DNA of 64,000 nucleotides from Candidatus Bathyarchaeia archaeon (GTDB lineage: Archaea; Thermoproteota; Bathyarchaeia; Bathyarchaeales; Bathycorpusculaceae): the NCBI GenBank assembly GCA_038849555.1, contig JAWCMT010000003.1, positions 1,956 to 65,955 on the forward strand, written 5' to 3'. Shown here piece after piece: positions 58,705 to 64,000 of the stretch. How positions within the stretch are numbered: position 1 is the first letter of the stretch; every line of letters starts with the position of its first letter. The position numbers were made by a program, and so were the translations under genes. The notes beneath the pieces were generated by a model. The model saw nothing but the letters and a program-made list of their open reading frames with translations. It did not search any database and had not been told where the DNA came from.

Positions 58705-58893
58705 ATGCCGAGGAAATGTGTGGTCAAGGTTGTATTAAGCAAGGAGCAACGGGAGATTCTTAGCGAGTTAGCGAGACGATTAGGCGCCAGCGAAAGTGAG
58801 ACTTTGCGGTTGGCGCTGATGGATTACGCTAAAGAGTTAAGCCTTATGAAGGAAAGTATACATCGAGGAAAGAACCAGAATGTAAATTTCTAA
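58705..58893 (+). CDS. Ribbon-helix-helix protein, divergent from the protease gene
   Basis: MPRKCVVKVVLSKEQREILSELARRLGASESETLRLALMDYAKE... has the RHH beta-alpha-alpha layout. The ATG at 58705 lies inside track ORF 58696..58893. Confidence 0.55.
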   Translation: MPRKCVVKVVLSKEQREILSELARRLGASESETLRLALMDYAKELSLMKESIHRGKNQNVNF

Positions 58894-59038
58894 TATGCTT
58901 CTATTTTTTCATTTTTCTGGTTCCGATTCGGTGTCTACAAATAAAGCTAAATTTGAATTAACTTTAAATGTATAAGTGCCATAGCATATGCACAAGCCAT
59001 CAGGCCAAAGCGGCTAAAACAAGCGGGGTGCGCGAAAA

Positions 59039-59389
59039 TTGGCGAAAAACTCAGCAGAGTTCGACGAGATTTTATTAAACGCCATCGATGAAGCTTTAAA
59101 TTCTCTGGGTGAATCTGTAAAGCATTCAATTTACTTCCACATAGAGAGCAAATTCTATGTGCCAAGAAACAGAATTCCAGAAAACCTAGAAGAATTTCAG
59201 GGTGCACTTGAAAAAATCTTCGGTACAGGTGCGCGGTTTATAGAGATTTTAATCATGAAAAATCTGCATTCAAAAATTGGGCTTCCGCTCAAAATAGAAG
59301 ACACGCAACTTGAATTTGTTAAGTACGTTGACGCAGCGAGGGAAGGGTTCATGAAAAAGCGCGTGCACGCAGACATTAATAGTTATTAA
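59039..59389 (+). CDS. Hypothetical protein (TTG start), upstream of the receiver gene
   Basis: 116 aa with helical, clean coding composition. I recognise no family. Confidence 0.45.
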   Translation: MAKNSAEFDEILLNAIDEALNSLGESVKHSIYFHIESKFYVPRNRIPENLEEFQGALEKIFGTGARFIEILIMKNLHSKIGLPLKIEDTQLEFVKYVDAAREGFMKKRVHADINSY

Positions 59390-59476
59390 CCAAGTAATGC
59401 AAATTCATATCAAAAGTTCATAAAGGCTTTATCAATGCTATAATGCTTCTATTAGCCAAGTTGAAGTGAAAGAAGT

Positions 59477-59947
59477 ATGAGCGAAGCGGCGAGAATCCTA
59501 GTTATTGATGACGATGAGAACATAAGGAAAGTGTTGAAGACAATACTTGAAGACGAAGGATACATTGTTGACACGGCGGAGACGGCAAAAGAGAGCATAG
59601 AGAAAAGCGAGAAATCATTCTACAATGTGGCGCTTATCGACGTTCGCCTCCCAGATATGGAAGGCATTGAGTTGTTGCCAAAACTGCGCGACACCAAGCC
59701 AAAAATGCGAAAGGTAATAGTAACAGGATATCCAACGCTTCAAAACGCTATTGCTGCGGTGAATAAAGGCGCTGACGCTTACATAGTTAAGCCCTTTGAA
59801 GTGGACAAAATTCTTGAAACGATTCGTGAGCAGCTGAAGAAGCAAGAGGAAGAGGGGCGTTACAGCGAAGAAAAAGTCGTCGAATTTATTGAGACGCGCA
59901 TCAAAGAGTTAGAGGCAACAGGCAAGAAAGCTGCAAAAAAGGCTTGA
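59477..59947 (+). CDS. Stand-alone response-regulator receiver (CheY-like) protein with a C-terminal coiled-coil tail
   Basis: ILVIDDDENIRK...ALIDVRLPDMEGIELL...VTGY...A...GA.AYIVKPF carries the full receiver signature (DD, the phospho-acceptor D in IDV, T, K). Confidence 0.85.
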   Translation: MSEAARILVIDDDENIRKVLKTILEDEGYIVDTAETAKESIEKSEKSFYNVALIDVRLPDMEGIELLPKLRDTKPKMRKVIVTGYPTLQNAIAAVNKGADAYIVKPFEVDKILETIREQLKKQEEEGRYSEEKVVEFIETRIKELEATGKKAAKKA

Positions 59948-60265
59948 GCGGTCGCGACAATCTCAGTAAAAGCGCCCATGAAGCGCGATTATAATCGCGG
60001 GAGCATAGAAATAAGTGCTTATACAAGTTTCTTGTTTATAATTTTTTTCAGGTACTTCGGAAGTAAACGTTTCGCTATTCTGGGTATTTTGAAAAATAGA
60101 CGGTGAAATAAATTTTTTGAGCTTATATAGTGATTCCAAATCTTTAACGGCTAAAGTTACGTGATAAGCTTCGACTTAGCCGTCGCATACTCAACTTAGT
60201 TATGTATATTTTAGATGGCTGCAAGCTCGCTTATTTCGTTTAAGATGTAAACAATAATTAATATT

Positions 60266-60315
60266 ACACTACCATTAGTGTTAATAGTGTGCTGCTATAC
60301 ACTATAGCCATGTGT
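60266..60315. promoter_or_regulatory. Two NrdR-box-like palindromes upstream of nrdR
   Basis: Box 1 at 60266-60281 is ACACTACCATTAGTGT, a 16 nt sequence with perfect ACACTA/TAGTGT arms. Box 2 at 60299-60315 is ACACTATAGCCATGTGT, with ACAC...GTGT arms and one extra nt. The centres are about 33 nt apart. Both lie between an AT-rich TATA-like stretch (60238-60265) and the GTG start at 60324. Confidence 0.55.
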
Positions 60316-60323
60316 GATTAACT

Positions 60324-60770
60324 GTGAAATGCCCATACTGCGGATCTGACGAGTTCAAAACTTTGGAAACACGCGATTCACCAGACAACACTACGCGGCG
60401 ACGGAAAGAATGCGTCAACTGCGGAAAACGCTTCACCACCTACGAGTACGTGGAAACAGTCGAACTCATGGTGCGCAAGAAAGACGGCAAACTTGAACGT
60501 TTCGACGTGAACAAGATAATCCGCGGTTTACAGAAAGCCTGCGAAAAACGACCCGTAACCATGGAGCAGATCAACGAGTTAGCAAGCCGCGTACGCCAAG
60601 ACCTCATGCTGAAAGGCAAAGAAGAAGTAACATCCAGAGAAATCGGCGACCTAGTCATGAAATACCTGAAAACGCTTGACCGCATCGCGTACATCCGCTT
60701 CGCTAGCGTATACAAGCAGTTTGAAGAGCCTGAAGACTTCAGGCGAGTACTCCTTGAGGTGAAAAAATGA
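60324..60770 (+). CDS. nrdR: Transcriptional repressor NrdR (Zn ribbon + ATP-cone)
   Basis: 148 aa. MKCPYCGS....V..TR.......RRR.C..CG.RFTT.E precedes an ATP-cone (V.KKDG..E.F...K...G). It has a GTG start. Confidence 0.9.
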   Translation: MKCPYCGSDEFKTLETRDSPDNTTRRRKECVNCGKRFTTYEYVETVELMVRKKDGKLERFDVNKIIRGLQKACEKRPVTMEQINELASRVRQDLMLKGKEEVTSREIGDLVMKYLKTLDRIAYIRFASVYKQFEEPEDFRRVLLEVKK

Positions 60771-62893
60771 AATTTGTACGAAAACGTGATGGAAAATTAG
60801 AACCCTTTGATCAGGATCGTATAACAAACGCCATTTGGAAAGCCGCCAAAGCTGTGGGCGGAAAAGACCGTGAACAAGCGAAGCGCATAAGCGACCAAGT
60901 TGTCGCTGAGTTGCACAGGCGCTTCGGCGAAGACGGCTGCCCCACAGTGGAGGAAATCCAAGATATAGTTGAAAAAATGCTTATTGAGAATGGCCATGCG
61001 CGAACAGCCAAGGCGTACATCCTCTATAGAAAGCAGCATCAGGACATGCGGGAGCTAGCTGCGCTTTTAAGCTCCGCGGACATGGTTGACCAGTATTTGG
61101 AGATTGAGGATTGGCGGGTTAAAGAGAACTCGAATATGAGCTATTCACTGCAGGGCTTGAACAATTACCTTTCATCAACTATCATCGCCAAGTACTGGAT
61201 ATCTCGGATTTACCCTTCGGAAATTGCTGAAGCACACTTTTCAGGCGATATCCATATTCACGACTTGGGCGTTTTGGGCCCCTACTGCGTCGGTTGGAAC
61301 CTCAGCGATTTGCTGCTTTCCGGTTTCGGCGGCGTTGCAGGCAAGATTGAAAGCAAACCCGCGAAGCATTTCAGAACAGCGCTGGGCCAAGTGGTTAACT
61401 TTTTCTATACGCTTCAGGGCGAGGCGGCAGGCGCGCAGGCATTTAGCAACTTTGACACTTACTTGGCGCCGTTTATACGTTACGACCATCTAAGCCAGAA
61501 AGAGGTTGAGCAAGCACTGCAGGAGTTCTTCTTTAACATGAACGTGCCGACCCGTGTTGGCTTTCAAACACCGTTCACCAATGTAACTTTGGATTTGACA
61601 ATTCCAGATTTCATGAAAGACGAGGCGGTGCTCTTCAACGGAAAACTTACCGAGGATACATACGGCGACATGGCTGACGAAATGCAGATGTTCAACTTGG
61701 CCTTTGCCGAGATTTTACGCCAAGGCGATGCAAGAGGCAGAGTTTTCACTTTCCCAATACCCACGTACAACATAACCAAGGATTTTCCATGGGACTCCCC
61801 TGTTACGGAAGCAATTTTTGAGGTAACAGCAAAGTACGGCGTGCCCTACTTCTCAAACTTCGTTAACAGCGATCTGCATCCTGAAGATGTACGTAGCATG
61901 TGCTGTCGCCTACGCATTGACAACCGCGAACTGCGCAAACGTGGAGGAGGCTTCTTCGGCGCTAACCCGTTAACGGGCTCTATCGGCGTGGTCACCATTA
62001 ACATGCCGCGCATTGGTTACTTATCCAAGGACGAAGAGGAGTTCTTCCAGCGTTTAGAAGCTATTATGGAAATAGCCAAAACCAGCTTGGAGATCAAGCG
62101 CAAAGTGCTTGAGGCTTTTACTGAGAAGGGCTTGTACCCGTATTCACGTCGGTATCTGCGTAACATCAAAGAGGGCTACGGCAAATACTGGAAAAACCAC
62201 TTCTCCACCATAGGCTTAGTCGGCATAAATGAGGCTATCGTGAATCTGCTGGGCGTGAACATTGCGTCGAAGGAAGGTAAGGAATTCGCTATCAAAATAC
62301 TCAAATTCATGCGCGAGCGGCTAGCAGACTTCCAAGAGGAAACAGGCAACATCTACAATTTGGAGGCGACACCAGCAGAGGGCACTTCCTACAGGCTTGC
62401 GCGCATCGACAAGCGCAGGTATCCCGAAATCATTGTGGCAAATGAGCGGTACGTGGCGGCTAAACACGCTGAGCCCTTCTACACGAACTCTTCGCAGTTG
62501 CCAGTGGACTATGAAGGCGACTTGTTCGAGGCGCTGGAGCATCAGGAAAGCCTGCAGACGCTTTACACTGGCGGCACAGTCTTCCACATCTTCCTCGGCG
62601 AACGCCTGCACTCATGGAAGTCAGCTGCGGAGCTTATCAAGAAGGTAACTTGGAACTCACGCTTGCCCTATTTCACGTTAACGCCCACGTTCAGCATATG
62701 CCCCACGCATGGCTACATAAGCGGTGAGCACAAGCGATGCCCAATATGCAGCGCCAGTTGCGAAGTTTACTCACGTGTTGTTGGTTATCTACGACCAGTA
62801 GACCAGTGGAACGATGGGAAGCAAGCGGAGTTTGCAATCCGCAAAACCTTTGACAAGTCTGCCATGATGGTGACCGTGCCCGTTTCCGCCTAA
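60767..62893 (+). CDS. nrdD: Anaerobic (class III) ribonucleoside-triphosphate reductase
   Basis: 708 aa with an N-terminal ATP-cone. The C-terminal Zn site and glycyl-radical motif are CPTHG...CPICS..CEVYSRVVGYLRP. It overlaps nrdR by 4 nt. Confidence 0.9.
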   Translation: MKFVRKRDGKLEPFDQDRITNAIWKAAKAVGGKDREQAKRISDQVVAELHRRFGEDGCPTVEEIQDIVEKMLIENGHARTAKAYILYRKQHQDMRELAALLSSADMVDQYLEIEDWRVKENSNMSYSLQGLNNYLSSTIIAKYWISRIYPSEIAEAHFSGDIHIHDLGVLGPYCVGWNLSDLLLSGFGGVAGKIESKPAKHFRTALGQVVNFFYTLQGEAAGAQAFSNFDTYLAPFIRYDHLSQKEVEQALQEFFFNMNVPTRVGFQTPFTNVTLDLTIPDFMKDEAVLFNGKLTEDTYGDMADEMQMFNLAFAEILRQGDARGRVFTFPIPTYNITKDFPWDSPVTEAIFEVTAKYGVPYFSNFVNSDLHPEDVRSMCCRLRIDNRELRKRGGGFFGANPLTGSIGVVTINMPRIGYLSKDEEEFFQRLEAIMEIAKTSLEIKRKVLEAFTEKGLYPYSRRYLRNIKEGYGKYWKNHFSTIGLVGINEAIVNLLGVNIASKEGKEFAIKILKFMRERLADFQEETGNIYNLEATPAEGTSYRLARIDKRRYPEIIVANERYVAAKHAEPFYTNSSQLPVDYEGDLFEALEHQESLQTLYTGGTVFHIFLGERLHSWKSAAELIKKVTWNSRLPYFTLTPTFSICPTHGYISGEHKRCPICSASCEVYSRVVGYLRPVDQWNDGKQAEFAIRKTFDKSAMMVTVPVSA

Positions 62894-62910
62894 AAAAAGA
62901 GTGAAGGCGC

Positions 62911-63588
62911 ATGAAGTTCAGCGGCTTACAGAAAACCAGCCTCATCGACTACCCGAACAAGATAGCCTCGGTGCTCTTCACGCCGGGCTGCAACCTCCGC
63001 TGCCCTTTCTGCCATAACTGGCGCATAGTTGTTGACCCGAAGCCGCCGTTTCTGCAGGAAGCCGTAGCGCTGGAGCTGCTGGAAAGCCGCAAGAAATACG
63101 TGGACGCTGTCGTGGTGACTGGCGGCGAGCCGACAATGCACAGCGAACTGCCAAGGTTTCTGGCTAAGCTGAAAGAACGCGGCTTCGAGGTTAAGCTGGA
63201 CACGAACGGCTTCTACCCTGAAGTGCTGGAGGAATGCTTGCCCCATGTGGATTACGTGGCTTTAGACGTGAAAACCTCGCTGGAGAAGTACAAGCAGCTA
63301 GGCGCGCAGGACACGGCAGGGCTGATGCGCACGGTTGAGATTTTGAAGACGGGCAAAGTACCCTACGAGTTCAGAACCACGGTTGTGCCCGAATTGGTTA
63401 CGGCCGCGGATGTGGAGCGCATAGGCGAAATAGTGAAAGGCGCCAAAACATACGCGCTCCAGCAGTTCGTGCCGCAGGATACGCTGGACAAGCGGTTTGA
63501 AGCGCTTAGGCCGTATGCGCCAGAAACTATAGCTGAATTCGCAGAGACCATTAAAAAATACGCTGAAAACATTGTTCTACGGATATAG
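62911..63588 (+). CDS. nrdG: Anaerobic ribonucleotide reductase activating protein (radical SAM)
   Basis: 225 aa with motifs SLIDYP......LFT.GCNLRCPFCHN (CX3CX2C) and VVVTGGEP. Confidence 0.9.
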   Translation: MKFSGLQKTSLIDYPNKIASVLFTPGCNLRCPFCHNWRIVVDPKPPFLQEAVALELLESRKKYVDAVVVTGGEPTMHSELPRFLAKLKERGFEVKLDTNGFYPEVLEECLPHVDYVALDVKTSLEKYKQLGAQDTAGLMRTVEILKTGKVPYEFRTTVVPELVTAADVERIGEIVKGAKTYALQQFVPQDTLDKRFEALRPYAPETIAEFAETIKKYAENIVLRI

Positions 63589-63597
63589 GCTTGGCAT

Positions 63598-63644
63598 CCC
63601 TCTTTTTCTTCAAAAATAGTCAATAACTGCTTCACGCAGTTATT
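63598..63644. terminator. Oligo-T tract plus a perfect 9 bp hairpin between convergent genes
   Basis: CCCTCTTTTTCTTC is followed by AATAACTGC-ttcac-GCAGTTATT (63622-63644). It lies between the nrdG stop and the stop of the minus-strand permease. Confidence 0.45.
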
Positions 63645-63696
63645 CCGCGATGGTTCTCAGTTAAACCGATAAAATAGATGTTGATTTTTCCAAGCG

Positions 63697-64000
63697 CTAA
63701 AGACTTAAAGTAAAACCGAAAAAGCTGAGCTCAATCCATAGAACCAGCGACGCCACCGCCACTTCTGCGATGGATAGGATGGAGCCTACCTTCAAGTAGT
63801 CTTTCAAGCCTATTCTAACGCCTTTGCGCTTCATTGTTTCCAGCCACATGAGAATCGCCAAAGAGCCTAATGGGAAAAAGTGTGGGCCAAGATTGTTTCC
63901 GATGATGTTGGAGAAAACCAGCCCAGTCAACGCTTGCCCGCTCAGGCCAGCAGTTGCCGCCGCGTGCCGTATCGCCATCAAACCGAGAATAGTCATGGGC
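63697..64000 (-). CDS. ArsB/NhaD-superfamily permease, C-terminal part only (the gene continues past the window end)
   Basis: The hydrophobic C-terminal segments ...NLGPHFFPLGSLAILMWLETMKRKGVRIGLKDYLKVG... resemble the end of arsenical-pump/citrate-transporter-like permeases. Confidence 0.5.
   Translation of the reverse strand, partial: PMTILGLMAIRHAAATAGLSGQALTGLVFSNIIGNNLGPHFFPLGSLAILMWLETMKRKGVRIGLKDYLKVGSILSIAEVAVASLVLWIELSFFGFTLSL

Larger units (their letters stand above)
55903..58893. mobile_element. Virus-derived gene module (remnant provirus or domesticated cassette)
   Basis: It contains a prohead-protease-like gene, a tail/baseplate-like gene and two RHH genes. The DNA is visibly GC-richer than its flanks. 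I see no integrase or att repeats. Confidence 0.4.

Overview
This 64 kb window is an archaeal chromosome segment. It encodes two TFB paralogues, aSUI1, Gar1, L40e, uS15, Kae1/Bud32/Pcc1, Trm1, an archaeal-type RNase P RNA, and a tRNA-Gln with an A1-U72 pair. Assigning it to an uncultured anaerobic TACK/Bathyarchaeia-like organism is inference only.

Most of the window is densely packed core metabolism and information processing:
- a porGDAB pyruvate:ferredoxin oxidoreductase operon
- a two-subunit 2-oxoacid:ferredoxin oxidoreductase
- a thiolase plus HMG-CoA synthase pair, with the DUF35 scaffold domain fused to the synthase
- NAD genes (pncB, nadC) and proC
- a methanofuran-biosynthesis operon (mfnB-A-D-F-E) with linked DUF362 and HisA/HisF-like genes
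- a class III ribonucleotide reductase operon (nrdR-nrdD-nrdG) preceded by tandem NrdR-box-like palindromes

Three RNA genes are absent from the ORF track: tRNA-Asn, tRNA-Gln, and a roughly 329 nt RNase P RNA.

The accessory content is:
1. A higher-GC virus-derived module at 55.9-58.9 kb. It has an HK97-type prohead protease with a disrupted 3' end, a tail/baseplate-like protein and two ribbon-helix-helix genes, but no capsid, portal, terminase or integrase.
2. A low-GC island at 37.5-39.9 kb with two secreted proteins, one interrupted by an in-frame TAG.
3. A low-GC stretch next to tRNA-Gln (16.8-22.1 kb) with a repeat-rich surface protein and an ABC-permease gene remnant.

I found no CRISPR array, integrase or transposase. 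All functional calls come from recognising motifs in the supplied translations, without any database search, so family names are hypotheses graded by the confidence values.
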